Source: an uncultured delta proteobacterium (lineage in GTDB: Bacteria > Myxococcota_A > Polyangia > Polyangiales > Polyangiaceae). Taken from it: a stretch of 64,000 nt of DNA. The position numbers and the translations under genes are program-made. The notes below the pieces were generated by a model, which was not told where the DNA came from, did not search any database, and saw nothing but the letters and a program-made list of their open reading frames with translations. Each line of letters opens with the position of its first letter. Positions within the stretch are counted from its first letter, which is position 1. The stretch covers positions 800,001-864,000 of the forward strand of contig CAVOKF010000004.1 of NCBI GenBank assembly GCA_963696385.1, written 5' to 3'. Positions 20,793 through 31,999 of this stretch are shown one piece after another.

Positions 20793-23252
20793 TTACACCC
20801 TGGCGCGGCGAAGCCGGAGCGCGTTGGCAATGACCGACACAGAGCTGAAACTCATCGCCGCGGCGGAGATCATCGGGCTGAGGACCAGCCCGAAAATCGG
20901 ATACAGCACGCCGGCCGCAACGGGAATGCCGGCTGCGTTGTAGAGAAACGCAAAAAAGAGATTCTGCTTGATGTTGGCCATCGTGGCACGCGACAGCTTG
21001 CGCGCGCGGACGATGCCGCCGAGGTCGCCCTTCACGAGCGTCACGCCAGCGCTCTGCATGGCGACGTCGGTCCCGGTGCCCATCGCGATGCCGACCTGCG
21101 CCTGGGCGAGCGCCGGTGCGTCGTTGATCCCGTCGCCCGCTACGGCGACGACGTGTCCCTCGCGCTGCAGGCGCTTGACCACCTCGACTTTCTCGTCGGG
21201 CAGCACCTGTGCGATCACCTCGTCGATGCCGAGCTCGCGCGCGACGGCGTCCGCCGTAGTCCGGCTGTCGCCCGTGAGCATGACGACGCGGACGCCTTCG
21301 TCATGCAGCGCACGGATCGCGCCGGGCGCGCCCGCCTTGATGGCATCCGCGACGCCCAGCAGCCCGATCGCCGAGCCGTCCGCACCGACGAAGATGACCG
21401 TCTGGCCCTCCGCGCGAAGGGCGTCGGCCCGGTCCGTGAGCTCTGAACGGTCGATGCCGAGCCCGTCGATCAGGTCCGAATTGCCGAGGACCACGAGTCG
21501 CCCTCCGACCCGTCCGGTCACCCCCTTGCCGGCAACCGTTTCGAATCCGTCGACTTCGGACAGCGCGATGCTTCGATCCGCCGCGCCTTGCACGATCGCG
21601 GCGCCCAGGGGGTGTTCGCTCCAGCGCTCGAGGCTCGCGCCCAGCCGCAGTACCTCCGGCTCGTCGTGTCCCGTCAGGTCGACGACGGCCTGAAGGGTCG
21701 GCTTGCCTTCCGTGAGAGTGCCGGTCTTGTCGATGACCAGCGTGTCGACTTTGCGCAGGATCTCGATGGCCTCTGCGTTCTTGAACAATACACCGACGGT
21801 GGCCCCCTTGCCTGTCGCAACCAGGATCGACATCGGCGTCGCCAACCCGAGCGCGCACGGGCAGGCGATGATGAGTACGGCGACGGCGTTCACCAGCCCG
21901 TGGGCCATCCTCGGTTCGGGCCCGAAGAGCGTCCACACGATGAAGGTCGCCAAGGACACGAGCATCACCGCCGGCACGAACGTGCCTGCGACGACGTCGG
22001 CGAGTTTCTGGATCGGCGCGCGGCTGCGCTGCGCCTCGGCCACCATCGCGACAATGCGGGACAGAAGCGTCTCGGCGCCGATCTTGTCCGCGCGGATGAG
22101 CAGGCTGCCGTGGCCATTGACCGTGGCTCCGATGACCGCATCGCCCGTCTTCTTGCCGACCGGCATGGGCTCGCCCGTGGCCATCGATTCATCGATGAAC
22201 GTTTCGCCTTCGATCACGACACCGTCGACCGGGACCTTCTCGCCCGGGCGCACGCGCAGGGTGTCGCCGACCTGAACCGCATCGAGCCGAACGTCCTGCT
22301 CCGAGCCGTCCGCTCCGACCCGCCGCGCGGTCGCCGGCGCCAGTCCGAGCAGCATCGTGAGGGCGGAGCTCGTCTGGCTGCGAGCCCGCAGTTCGAGGAC
22401 CTGTCCGAGCAAGATCAGCGTGACGATGACCGCCGCCGCCTCGAAGTAGACGGCGACTTCGCCGGAGGGTCCGCGAAACGACGGCGGAAACAAGGAGGGC
22501 AGCAGTGTCGCCACGACGCTGTAGCCGTACGTGACGCTCACGCCGAGGCCGATGAGCGTGAACATGTTGAGGCTGCGGTTGCGGATCGATAGGGCGGCTC
22601 GAACGAAAAAGGGCCATGCGGCCCAGAGGCACACGGGGGTCGCCCAGGCGAATTCCAGCCAACTGCGCGTCCGCGTCGACAGCAGGAGTCCGAGCGGGTC
22701 GCCGGGAATCATGTCGCTCATCGCCAGCGCCAGCAGGGGTAGAGTCACGATGGCGGCAAACCAGAAGCGGCGCGAGATATCGCGTAGCTCTGCGTTCTCA
22801 CCCGTCTCCGCGGTCGCCGACATCGGTCCGAGATCCATCCCGCAGATCGGGCAGATGCCCGGTTCGTTGCGAACGATCTGCGGGTGCATCGGGCAGGTCC
22901 ACTCGGTTCGCGGCGCTTCCACCCGGGGTCGCCGCGGCTCGAGAGCCATCCCGCACTGCGGGCATGCGTCCGGGTGCGCTTGCTGGATCTCCGGATGCAT
23001 CGGGCATGTGTAGGGTGTTGGGTCGCTCGGGCGATCGTGCACAGGATCCGGCGCGCGCGATGCCGGAGCACGGGCGTACTTGGCTGGATTCGACTGAAAC
23101 AGCCGCAGGCACTGTTCGCAGCAGAAGACGTGAGTCACCCCGTCGAGGGTCAGATGGGACCCCCGGCTCGGGTCGACACGCATTCCGCAGACCGGGTCGG
23201 TAGGCGCAGGGGCGCTCGGGTCGCGCTCTGCGGAAAGGGTGGGCTCGATCAT
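20793..23252 (-). CDS. copA: Cu(I)-translocating P1B ATPase with YHS and two TCPMHP metal-binding domains
   Basis: DPVCGM, YTCPMHP and [31 protein letters not shown] and MSFSS motifs. Confidence 0.95.
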   Translation of the reverse strand: MIEPTLSAERDPSAPAPTDPVCGMRVDPSRGSHLTLDGVTHVFCCEQCLRLFQSNPAKYARAPASRAPDPVHDRPSDPTPYTCPMHPEIQQAHPDACPQCGMALEPRRPRVEAPRTEWTCPMHPQIVRNEPGICPICGMDLGPMSATAETGENAELRDISRRFWFAAIVTLPLLALAMSDMIPGDPLGLLLSTRTRSWLEFAWATPVCLWAAWPFFVRAALSIRNRSLNMFTLIGLGVSVTYGYSVVATLLPSLFPPSFRGPSGEVAVYFEAAAVIVTLILLGQVLELRARSQTSSALTMLLGLAPATARRVGADGSEQDVRLDAVQVGDTLRVRPGEKVPVDGVVIEGETFIDESMATGEPMPVGKKTGDAVIGATVNGHGSLLIRADKIGAETLLSRIVAMVAEAQRSRAPIQKLADVVAGTFVPAVMLVSLATFIVWTLFGPEPRMAHGLVNAVAVLIIACPCALGLATPMSILVATGKGATVGVLFKNAEAIEILRKVDTLVIDKTGTLTEGKPTLQAVVDLTGHDEPEVLRLGASLERWSEHPLGAAIVQGAADRSIALSEVDGFETVAGKGVTGRVGGRLVVLGNSDLIDGLGIDRSELTDRADALRAEGQTVIFVGADGSAIGLLGVADAIKAGAPGAIRALHDEGVRVVMLTGDSRTTADAVARELGIDEVIAQVLPDEKVEVVKRLQREGHVVAVAGDGINDAPALAQAQVGIAMGTGTDVAMQSAGVTLVKGDLGGIVRARKLSRATMANIKQNLFFAFLYNAAGIPVAAGVLYPIFGLVLSPMISAAAMSFSSVSVIANALRLRRARV

Positions 23253-23556
23253 GGCTGTTCCGTCATCGACTCAGCCGCGACCCGATCCCGAGACTTCGGG
23301 CCGTTCGCCGACCATGCTCCCGCTCGCTTGCATCGTCGGTCCGCCGGAGTCGTAACTTTAGGCAAACTTCTTTCCTTTGTCCCCTGGAACCGCATCCAGG
23401 GCCGTCCAGGGCACCCATCGATGGCAACGGTGGAGGGCGTCTCCAAAACTCCACAACTCGGTTGGGCGGCGGATTGAACACGACGAAAACGACACAAACC
23501 GATGAACCACCCGGGTTGGGTGGCGCGCGTCCGCCGGCAGCGATAGGGATGCCTCC

Positions 23557-24360
23557 ATGTCATCCGATCACCGGCGGCCCGCCGCTCGCGAGGTCGATGG
23601 GGGGGCTGCCGTGCTCGCGCCCAGCCACGCGGAACGGTGTCGCACGCTGGCGTCGCAGTCCCTATCGGCGACGCTGTCGACCGTGGCCCGGGAGCCGCCC
23701 GGCTTCCCCTACGGGTCGCTCGTCGCCGTGGCGGTGGACGACGTGGGCCGCCCGCTGCTTTTGCTCTCGGAGCTCGCCGAGCATACGGCCAACCTGCACG
23801 CGGACTCCAGGGCGTCGGTGCTGCTCACGGAGCCGCTCGGCGCGCACGATCAGCCGCTCGCGCTCGGCCGCGTGACGATTCTCGGCCCCTGCGCCAAGGT
23901 GGCCCGGGCGCAGTGCGCCGGTGTGCGCGACGCGTTCTTGAGGCAGCAGCCGAGCGCGGCGTATTACGTCGACTTCGACGATTTTGGATTCTATCGCATC
24001 GAGCCGACCGCACTTCGCTACGTCGGCGGCTTCGGCCGCATGTCGTGGGTAACCGCCGACGCGTACCGTGCCGCCGAGCCCGATCCGCTGGCCCGGGCGG
24101 CCTCCGGCATCGTGAAGCACATGAACGAGCAGCATGCCGAGGCGCTGCTCGCCTGCACGCGCGCGCTCGCCGGGGTCGCGGACGCGGCCGGCGTCACGAT
24201 GACCGCGGTCGACCGCTATGGCTTCGAGATCGCGGCGGCGACGTCGAACGGCCCGCGGGCGGTGCGCATCGCGTTCGACGTGGCGGTGACGACGGCCGAC
24301 GACGTAGGGCGGTCGATGGTCCTGTTGGCGAGGCGCGCTCGCGCCCCGGCGTCGGCTTGA
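23557..24360 (+). CDS. HugZ-like PNPOx-family heme-utilisation protein with DUF2470
   Basis: GFPYGS, LSELAEHTANL, RYVGGFGRMSWV, HMNEQH, AVDRYG. Confidence 0.85.
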   Translation: MSSDHRRPAAREVDGGAAVLAPSHAERCRTLASQSLSATLSTVAREPPGFPYGSLVAVAVDDVGRPLLLLSELAEHTANLHADSRASVLLTEPLGAHDQPLALGRVTILGPCAKVARAQCAGVRDAFLRQQPSAAYYVDFDDFGFYRIEPTALRYVGGFGRMSWVTADAYRAAEPDPLARAASGIVKHMNEQHAEALLACTRALAGVADAAGVTMTAVDRYGFEIAAATSNGPRAVRIAFDVAVTTADDVGRSMVLLARRARAPASA

Positions 24361-24514
24361 GGCGAGGCGCCGCAGCCATCGGTGGGCTTGGGGCGGCCTT
24401 CTGCAGACCGGCAGGCGTTCGTCCGTAGTCCGCGGCGGTTCCCGAAGCGGAACGTGTTGCGTCGAGGGCGCCAGGTTCTGCGCAACGAACGCCCCAGCCC
24501 TTCGACGAGATCGC

Positions 24515-25180
24515 TTACGGCGATTCCGTCCGGAGACACGACTCGGTCACCTTGCGGCCGGCGAGCGCCAGAGAAGTGCGCTGTTGCGGCGTGCTCGAGC
24601 GCGACAGAAGCGTGGAGGCCATGGCGAAAGTCGTCCCGTCGGCGCTGAACTCGAATGGCGCAAGCTTCACGGCTCCGGGGGGTGCCGAAAGCGGAGTGGT
24701 TCCCCGCGGAGGGGCGCCGAAACTGCCGCACACATTGCCGCTGCACGTGAGCGTCCCGTCGGTGCGGTATCCTCGGATCTCGCCCCCCCAGGTGATCGTG
24801 CGGCCCGCGGTCGCGCCTTCGGCGACCGGCTTGCCGCTCGGGTCGGAAGCGTGTCCCACGGCGCTCGTCACGACCTTCGTGTTCCAAAACAGCACGCGCG
24901 ACTTCACGACGAAGTTCAAGTGCATCTCGTACGAGATGAGCTTCACCCGCGAACGGGGCTCTCCCGAGCCCTGCTCGATGCGCAGGACGACTCGACCGGG
25001 GCCAATTTCATAGACTCCGTCGCCCGCGCCGAACGGCGTGTCGGCAATGCGCAGTCGGCCCACCAGCACATACTCGATCTCGCGCTCTCGGCACGGAACG
25101 GGCGCTGCGAAAGACGTCGCCGTCGGAGTCATGCCCAAGAGCAGCAGGAGAATAACGGTCTGGATGAGCCCGATCCGCAT
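24515..25180 (-). CDS. Hypothetical secreted protein
   Basis: Signal peptide ending SFA; beta-rich; 4 Cys. Confidence 0.6.
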   Translation of the reverse strand: MRIGLIQTVILLLLLGMTPTATSFAAPVPCREREIEYVLVGRLRIADTPFGAGDGVYEIGPGRVVLRIEQGSGEPRSRVKLISYEMHLNFVVKSRVLFWNTKVVTSAVGHASDPSGKPVAEGATAGRTITWGGEIRGYRTDGTLTCSGNVCGSFGAPPRGTTPLSAPPGAVKLAPFEFSADGTTFAMASTLLSRSSTPQQRTSLALAGRKVTESCLRTESP

Positions 25181-25564
25181 GGCGTGCTCACCGTGTGATG
25201 ATCGGCTCCGGTTCTGCGTGACGGTTTTATTGCGAGGAGGGTCCGCCCTGCCGGCCCGGCAGCCGCGGCCGTTTCAACGGACGAACCACCGGCGAATCGG
25301 CGTCGTCTTCTCCGTTCATCCGCGGGATCCGAGAAAGGCCCGACGGCAACGACATTTCGTTGGACGCGAAGCGAGAGTTTTGCCTCGCTCGTTCGCGCTC
25401 TCCACAAAGGGAGCCTCGGCGGCGCGCGTTCTTCGAGGGCCGGCGGTGGGCTGCCCGCTTCTCCGAGAAGCAGGCCGAGTCGGATCGCCCCGCCGCTCGT
25501 CGGTGTTTTCCGATCGCCCGCGAAGCGAGACTCTCGGCGGCCGGCTTGCGCGAGCGGCTGTACA

Positions 25565-26005
25565 ATGGGCCGGGTGAACGAACTGGATCGCGAGCAGATC
25601 GACCGGTTTCTCGACGAGCAGGTCATGGGCCGCCTCGGTTGCAACGACGCGGAGGGGACCTATGTCGTGCCGCTCATCTACGCGCGCCACGGGCAAATGC
25701 TTTACGTGCTTACGACGGAGGGCCGAAAAATCCGCGCCGCTCGAAGCAACCCGGCCGTCTGCTTCGAAGTGGACGAGTACGATCGGAAGACGGGCAGCTG
25801 GACGAGCGTGATCGTCTGGGGGCGCTACGAGGAACTGCACGGCGACGCGAAGACGGAGGCGATCGCCGCGCTCGGTCGCCGCCACGGCACGCGTCGCGCC
25901 TCGTCGGAGGCTCCTGTCGCCGAGGAGCGCGCCACGGTCGCATTTCGCATTGTCATCGAGAGGGCCACCGGTCGCGCCGTGACGCGGCCTGCGATTTTCT
26001 CCTAG
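25565..26005 (+). CDS. Pyridoxamine 5'-phosphate oxidase-like FMN-binding protein (NimA-like)
   Basis: GRLGC, YVVPLIY, GRKI, NPAVCFEVD, WTSVIVWG; start may be slightly downstream. Confidence 0.85.
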   Translation: MGRVNELDREQIDRFLDEQVMGRLGCNDAEGTYVVPLIYARHGQMLYVLTTEGRKIRAARSNPAVCFEVDEYDRKTGSWTSVIVWGRYEELHGDAKTEAIAALGRRHGTRRASSEAPVAEERATVAFRIVIERATGRAVTRPAIFS

Positions 26006-26152
26006 CCGCGACAAAACGACGGGTCCCTGATGAACCAGTCGCGATGCGTTTGGGTGGCACTCGGGCTGACCGTCGTGTCCGGATGAGCCCCCGAACGGGG
26101 GTTCGGCTTGCCCTCCATCGGTTCCCGCATCGGCCGGGGCCGGACGCCCGAC

Positions 26153-27625
26153 CTACGTGCCACAAAAGGTCGCCCGTACGCGCTCCTCCGATCGCGGCGG
26201 ATCGGCGAGGTGCGCGAACTCCGGCTGCTCCTCGCACGATCGCCCGAGGACCTGCACGAGCGTTTCGAAGGGCTCGAAATCGTCTCGTCCAACCGCCGCC
26301 TCGATGGCCTGCTCGACGCGATGATTGCGCGCGACGAAGGCGGGGTTCGCGAGCCGCATGGCCGTGACGCGCAGGTCGGGCGCGAGATCTTCTCGTGCCA
26401 GCCGGTGCCGCCACGCTTTCGACCAGCCGGCAAACGCTCCGGGCTCGGCGAACAAGGATGCGATTTGCGCGTCTTCGGAAGGGTCGTCGATCGCGGTGCA
26501 CAGCCGACGGAAGAGGACCGTGTAGTCGACGCGGTTCGACGCCATCCGGGCCAAGAGGTCGGCCGCGAGCGCGGGGTCGTCGTCCTCTTCGCGCGCGAGC
26601 CCGATTTTCGCGCGCAGCACGCGCGCGTGCGCCGCGGCGAAGTGCGTGGAAAATAGCTCGAGGCGTTCGGTTGCCAGCCGCACGGCCCGGTCAGGGTCGT
26701 CGGCCAGCAGCGGCAAGAGTGTCTCGCCGAACCGTGCGAGATTCCACCGAGCGATCCGGGGTTGATTTCCGAACGCGTAGCGGCCACCGTGGTCGATCGA
26801 GCTGAACGTCTTGTTCGGATCGTACTCGTCGAGGAAGGCGCACGGTCCGTAGTCGATCGTCTCGCCGCCGATCGCGCTGTTGTCGGTGTTCATCACGCCG
26901 TGCACGAAGCCGACGCCGAGCCAGCGCGCGACGAGGTCGGCCTGGGCGCGCACGACGCAATCGAGCAGCGCCAGGGCGTCGTTGCCTGTGCCCGCCGCGT
27001 CGGGGTAATGCCTTCGAAGCGCGTACGAGGCAAGAGTCGTCAGAGCTTCGAGGTCGGCGCGCGCGGCAAAGAACTCGAACGTGCCGATACGAAGGTGACT
27101 CGAGGCCACACGGGCGAGCACCGCCCCGGGAAGGACCCGCTCCCGGATGACCGGCTCGCCGGTCGTCACGGCGGCGAGCGCGCGGGTCGTCGGGACGCCG
27201 AGGGCGGCCATCGCCTCGCTCACGATGTACTCGCGCAGCACGGGCCCGAGGGCCGCCCGCCCGTCGCCCTGACGTGAGAAGGGGGTGCGGCCGGAGCCCT
27301 TGAGCTGGATGTCCTTGCGTCTTCCGTCCTTGCCAACGACCTCTCCCAGCAGAATCGCTCGACCGTCGCCGAGCTGGGGTACGAAGACGCCGAACTGATG
27401 CCCGGCGTAGGCGAGTGCGATCGGCTGTGACCCGGCTGGCAAGGCGTTGCCGGCCAGGATTTGGGCTCCTTCGGGCGATGCGAGGTGGTCCGGGTCCAAT
27501 CCGAGCTCGACGGCGAGTGCGCGGTTGACCTTCACGACGCGCGGCGTGCGCACGCGCGTGGGTGAAACCGACGCGAAGAAGCGTTCAGGCAACCGTGCGT
27601 AGGTGTTGTCGAATGCGAAGGTCAT
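26153..27625 (-). CDS. selO: Protein adenylyltransferase SelO (YdiU)
   Basis: YAGHQFG, LGDGRA, QLKGSGRTPFSR, GFVHGVMNTDN, IDYGP; C-terminal TFCGT. Confidence 0.95.
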   Translation of the reverse strand: MTFAFDNTYARLPERFFASVSPTRVRTPRVVKVNRALAVELGLDPDHLASPEGAQILAGNALPAGSQPIALAYAGHQFGVFVPQLGDGRAILLGEVVGKDGRRKDIQLKGSGRTPFSRQGDGRAALGPVLREYIVSEAMAALGVPTTRALAAVTTGEPVIRERVLPGAVLARVASSHLRIGTFEFFAARADLEALTTLASYALRRHYPDAAGTGNDALALLDCVVRAQADLVARWLGVGFVHGVMNTDNSAIGGETIDYGPCAFLDEYDPNKTFSSIDHGGRYAFGNQPRIARWNLARFGETLLPLLADDPDRAVRLATERLELFSTHFAAAHARVLRAKIGLAREEDDDPALAADLLARMASNRVDYTVLFRRLCTAIDDPSEDAQIASLFAEPGAFAGWSKAWRHRLAREDLAPDLRVTAMRLANPAFVARNHRVEQAIEAAVGRDDFEPFETLVQVLGRSCEEQPEFAHLADPPRSEERVRATFCGT

Positions 27626-27937
27626 GGCTCTCCGAGGCGGGCCCTCCTCGCGCGAGAACGCGTACGCCGGCACCGACGCCGTTTCTGGGCTGGCGATGCC
27701 GCGGGCGCGTGAGCGATCTGGGCAAGGCCTTGCGAATCGTCCGCTTGGATACCGCTTTCCGAAGAGATCCGGGACAACATCAGACTAAATCCGTCTCGAC
27801 GCAACGGCTCCCGAAATGCGTCGTGCTCCGGGCACACCGCGTGCCGAATGCGACAGCGAGACATCGACAACAGGCAGCGGGTCCCCCGCGTTTCGGCCGG
27901 TGGATGTGCGCCGGACCACGACGTGGGACTGAAAACC

Positions 27938-28171
27938 ATGCATAAGAGCAAGAAGGGATCGAAGAAGAGCCGGGGGCGTTCGGGACACGCAGCCACAGCG
28001 GCCACGTGTCCCTTCTGCGGCGAGGCGGAGGAACTCACCGTCGACCCAGGCGGGGGCGACGCCCAGGTGTACGTGGAGGACTGCGCCGTTTGCTGCAGGC
28101 CACGGGTGGTCCACGTGGAGCCGGGCGGGCAACCCGGCGAGGTGCGCGTGTGGCTCGAGCGCGGCGATTGA
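27938..28171 (+). CDS. CPXCG motif cysteine-rich protein
   Basis: CPFCGE...YVEDCAVCCRP. Confidence 0.8.
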   Translation: MHKSKKGSKKSRGRSGHAATAATCPFCGEAEELTVDPGGGDAQVYVEDCAVCCRPRVVHVEPGGQPGEVRVWLERGD

Positions 28172-28304
28172 CGCTTCGTGACCGATTGGGCCTGTGCCCG
28201 CTTGGGCCCGCCAAGGGAGTTCGCCGGTGAGGTCCGTGGCTGAACCCGCAAGGGTCCCGGCGCCGACGACGGATTCGCGCGGTGGTACGCTACGATCGGT
28301 ACCG

Positions 28305-30056
28305 ATGAACGCCAGGCGGATCCTGGTGGGCGCTTCCGTGTTGGGCGTGCTGATCCCATCCGCGGTCGGGGCCGTGTTCCTGTCTCGGGTGCGAACGTCG
28401 CCTTCGCCGAAGGGGCCCCAACCTGCGGCCTCATCCGCAGCCTGGGCTCCGGCCCCGCCTCCCGCAACCGACGATCGGACGCCGGAGATTCGCGGGCGGA
28501 TCCTCGACGCCGACGGCAATGCCGTCGACGGAGCGAGGGTGCGCCTGGTCTCGGCAAACGCGCCGTACCGCCTGGACCAAGACACGGCGACCGATTACGG
28601 TGGGGTGTTTTCCTTCGCGCACGTCCCGTCGTGGGGCGTCCGGGTCGTTGCCGATCACGGAGCCGACGGCGTAGTGACGAGCGCGGCCTTGCGCGTTGCC
28701 GAAAAGCAAACGGTCGAGATGACGCTCGTCCTTTCGGCCCTTAGCGCGGTTCGCGGGACGGTGGTCGACGTGCACGACCGGCCCCTTGCGGGGGTCGCGC
28801 TCTCGGTCGAAGGGGTACCCTGGATCGTCCGCGCGACGAGCGATGCCGAGGGCTTCTTTCGCCTGACGACGGTGCCCGACCTGGCGACCGGGCTCGTTAC
28901 GGAAGCGATCGGGTTCAAGACCGGGCGGGTTTCGTTGGCGATGGGAAGCGATCAGGCAGAGCGCGTCGTTCGCATAGTTCTTAGCGCAGCGGATCCGGTC
29001 GGTGGCGAGGTGCGCGATGACGACGGCAATCCCGCGAGCGCTCGTGTGGTCGCCTGCGAGGACGGTCCTTCTGAAGTCAGAACGCAGAGTGCTGCCGACG
29101 GATCGTTCGAGCTCCCGCCTTCCGCGATCGGATGCGACGCCGTGGCCGAGCAGGCGGATTTCGCCCCCAGCGACGCCGCGCGAGTCGTGCAGGGCGGCCA
29201 CCTCGTTCTGCGCCTCAAGCCGGGCGGAGGGATCGCCGGCATCGTCGTAGACGACCGCGGGGCGGCGCGTTCTCCGTTCCGGGTCGGCATCGAGTCGTTC
29301 TCGCCGGCTCGCGGGAAAGACTTCGAACGCGGCGGCGCGCGCAGCTTCACGGACCCCCAGGGCGCGTTTCGCTGGGATAAACTCGCGCCGGGAAGCTACG
29401 TCCTCACCGCATCCGCGGCCGGCAGGCCTCCGGCCCGCTCCGGGTCAATCGAGGTGCGCGGTGGGGCCGTGACCAGCGGCGTTCGGATCGTGCTCGCTCA
29501 AGGCGGCGCGCTCGTAGGAACCGTCACCGACGAAACGCACGCACCGCTAGCGGGCGTCAATCTGCGCTTCGACCAGGTGAGTCGCGTGCTCGACAACGAC
29601 GCCGTCGCTCAGACCAACGGCGCGGGCCAGTATCGCCTCGAGGGGGCGCCGGCGGGACCGTTCACCGTACGCGCGCACAAGGATGGCTTCCGGGTCAACC
29701 TCGTCTCAGGGCTTCACGTGGACTCCGGGGCGACCCTTCGCCGGGACATCACGCTGGTTGCCCTCGATGGCGGGCCGACGATGGAGTTCGGCGGAATCGG
29801 CGCAGGGATCGTGCAGTCGGCCGATGGCCTCAAGCTGCAGAACGTCTTTCCGGACGCCCCAGCGGCACGGGCCGGGCTTCACGCGGGCGACCGCATCGTC
29901 AGCATCGACGGCGAACCCACCGACGGCATGTCGGTGGCCGACGCCCTGCAGCGAATCCGAGGCGAACCTGGAACGACCGTCGGCGTTTCGGTTCAGCGGC
30001 CGGAGACAGGCGAAATCGTGGATCAGACGATCGTGCGGGGACAGATCGTTCACTGA
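28305..30056 (+). CDS. Membrane-anchored protein with carboxypeptidase-regulatory-like repeats and a C-terminal PDZ domain
   Basis: N-terminal TM; repeated GRILDADGNAV/GTVVD..PLAGV units; FGGIG...PAARAGLHAGDRIVSIDG. Confidence 0.8.
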   Translation: MNARRILVGASVLGVLIPSAVGAVFLSRVRTSPSPKGPQPAASSAAWAPAPPPATDDRTPEIRGRILDADGNAVDGARVRLVSANAPYRLDQDTATDYGGVFSFAHVPSWGVRVVADHGADGVVTSAALRVAEKQTVEMTLVLSALSAVRGTVVDVHDRPLAGVALSVEGVPWIVRATSDAEGFFRLTTVPDLATGLVTEAIGFKTGRVSLAMGSDQAERVVRIVLSAADPVGGEVRDDDGNPASARVVACEDGPSEVRTQSAADGSFELPPSAIGCDAVAEQADFAPSDAARVVQGGHLVLRLKPGGGIAGIVVDDRGAARSPFRVGIESFSPARGKDFERGGARSFTDPQGAFRWDKLAPGSYVLTASAAGRPPARSGSIEVRGGAVTSGVRIVLAQGGALVGTVTDETHAPLAGVNLRFDQVSRVLDNDAVAQTNGAGQYRLEGAPAGPFTVRAHKDGFRVNLVSGLHVDSGATLRRDITLVALDGGPTMEFGGIGAGIVQSADGLKLQNVFPDAPAARAGLHAGDRIVSIDGEPTDGMSVADALQRIRGEPGTTVGVSVQRPETGEIVDQTIVRGQIVH

Positions 30057-30229
30057 GTCGTCCTCGGTGTCCATCCGTTTTGTCGCCGCATGCGCGAGTA
30101 AAAAGGGGGCGGCACCGACTGCGAGAATTGCATCACGGCCTCTTGCGAAGCAATGCCGCAATGATTCTCCTTCGCGTCGCGGGGCCAACTCCCCGGACAC
30201 GGGATTAAGGCCATGCCGACCGAGGGCGC

Positions 30230-31362
30230 GATGCCGAGGCGTAATGTCCGTTCCAAGAGGCTCATCTTCTCTGCGCTGCTGGGGTTCTCGGCCGTTGTCG
30301 CGTGTCGATCGCCACCGCCGTCGCCTACATCGAGCGCGGAGCCGCGGTTGCCGTCCTTGGCGACGTCGCCCCCTTCTTCTCTCAGTTCGGACGCGCGAAC
30401 AGAGGATGAGCGGAACACCATTTCCGTCTTTCGGGCCGTGGCGCCGAGCACCGTGTTCGTGACCCAGACGCGCATCGTGGTCGACTTCCTCGGAGATGAA
30501 CAAGAGGTTGCCGCCGGGAGCGGCTCTGGATTCGTTTGGGACGAAACCGGGCATATCGTGACGAACTACCATGTTGTCCAGGGGGCGCGCGCGCTCCGAG
30601 CGACGTTCCAGGATCAAAAGACGTTCGACGCCAGACTGGTCGGCGTCGAGCCCCGAAAGGACATCGCGGTGCTCAAGGTGGACGCCCCACGCGAGCTTCT
30701 TAAACCGGTAACGGTCGCGCAGCACGCGAACCTCGATGTCGGGCAGAAGGCGATCGCCATCGGCAACCCGTTCGGTCTCGATCACACACTTACGACGGGC
30801 GTGATCAGCGCTCTCGGTCGTCAGGTCCACGGTGTCGGCGGTGTCACGATTCGCGACATGATTCAGACGGACGCTGCCATCAATCCGGGCAACAGCGGCG
30901 GTCCGCTCCTGGATTCGTCGGGAACCCTCATCGGGATGAACACGATGATTTTCAGCAAAACTGGAGCCTATGCGGGCATTGGGTTTGCCGTGCCGGCAAC
31001 GACCATCGGTCGCATCGTGCCGCAGATCATCGCCAAGGGGCACGCCGAGCAGCTTGGGTTCGACATTCGAAATCGATCCGCTCGGGAGGCTCGAACGCCG
31101 GTTTGGCATTCGCGGCGTCGCGGTCCTGGCGGTTCCGCCCGAGGGAGCCGCGGCGCGCGCTGGGATGCGGGGCATCCAGCAGACGGCAGACGGGCTCCTT
31201 CTCGGCGACGTGATTGCGGGCGTCGACGATCAAAAGGTCCAAGACTTTGACGACCTGTACAACGCGCTCGATCAGCACCGTGCGGGTGACACCGTGAATG
31301 TCCGGCTGCGGCGGCAGGGTGAGATGCTCTCTCTCCCGATGCAGGTCGCCGTAGTGCAGTAA
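30230..31362 (+). CDS. HtrA/DegP-family serine protease with PDZ, frameshift near 31067
   Basis: [26 protein letters not shown]; the PDZ domain continues in ORF 30970..31362. Confidence 0.9.
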
Positions 31363-31410
31363 GGCGCGAGGGATGGGTACGAGGGTCCGGCCAGCGACGC
31401 TGGCGTGAGG

Positions 31411-31447
31411 CTGGCACTCTTGACACCAAAGTGCTTGTGATTAGGTT
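31411..31447 (+). promoter_or_regulatory. CIRCE-like operator overlapping a sigma70-type promoter
   Basis: CTGGCACTC-N9-AAGTGCTTG (consensus TTAGCACTC-N9-GAGTGCTAA); TTGACA at 31420 and TAGGTT at 31442. Confidence 0.7.
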
Positions 31448-31511
31448 CCCCTTCACTGAAGTTCTGGCAAAAGCGGTGTCCATTCGGACACTTGGTCATA
31501 GGAGGTCTACC

Positions 31512-31970
31512 ATGCTCGTAAGACGGGTCTGGCCCTCACGGCCGACGTTCGACAGCCCATTGGCCGACTTCGACAGCGTACGGCGCGAAATGCTCCGCCT
31601 GCTCGATTCGGCCTCTGGCGACACGTTCGGCGACGAGGGCGCGGGGGTGTTTCCCCCAATGAACATCACCCAGGACAACGACAACTTCTACGTGCGTGCG
31701 GAAGTTCCCGGCATCAAGCCCGCCGAACTGTCCATTTCCGCGATTCGGAACCGCGTGTCTCTTGCTGGGAAGCGGGAGATCCAGCGCGAGCACGAGCGCG
31801 TCAGCTACCACCGCAAGGAGCGCGCCGAAGGATCCTTCAACCGCACGGTGACGCTACCTACCGAGATCAATGCGGACAAGGTCGACGCCCAGTACGCCGA
31901 CGGCATTCTCACTCTCACACTGCCAAAGGCCGAGGAAACGAAGCCGCGGCAGATCAAGGTGCGCGCATGA
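31512..31970 (+). CDS. Hsp20/alpha-crystallin small heat-shock protein
   Basis: FPPMNI, AEVPG, ERAEGSFNR, YADGILTLTLPK, RQIKV; AGGAGG RBS. Confidence 0.95.
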   Translation: MLVRRVWPSRPTFDSPLADFDSVRREMLRLLDSASGDTFGDEGAGVFPPMNITQDNDNFYVRAEVPGIKPAELSISAIRNRVSLAGKREIQREHERVSYHRKERAEGSFNRTVTLPTEINADKVDAQYADGILTLTLPKAEETKPRQIKVRA

Positions 31971-31999
31971 CTACGCCCCATGCACAGGAGGAAACCGCC

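Noticed and set aside
26153..26170. Selenocysteine readthrough in SelO
   Set aside because: The gene ends FCGT followed by TAG, not TGA; this is the normal bacterial Cys form.
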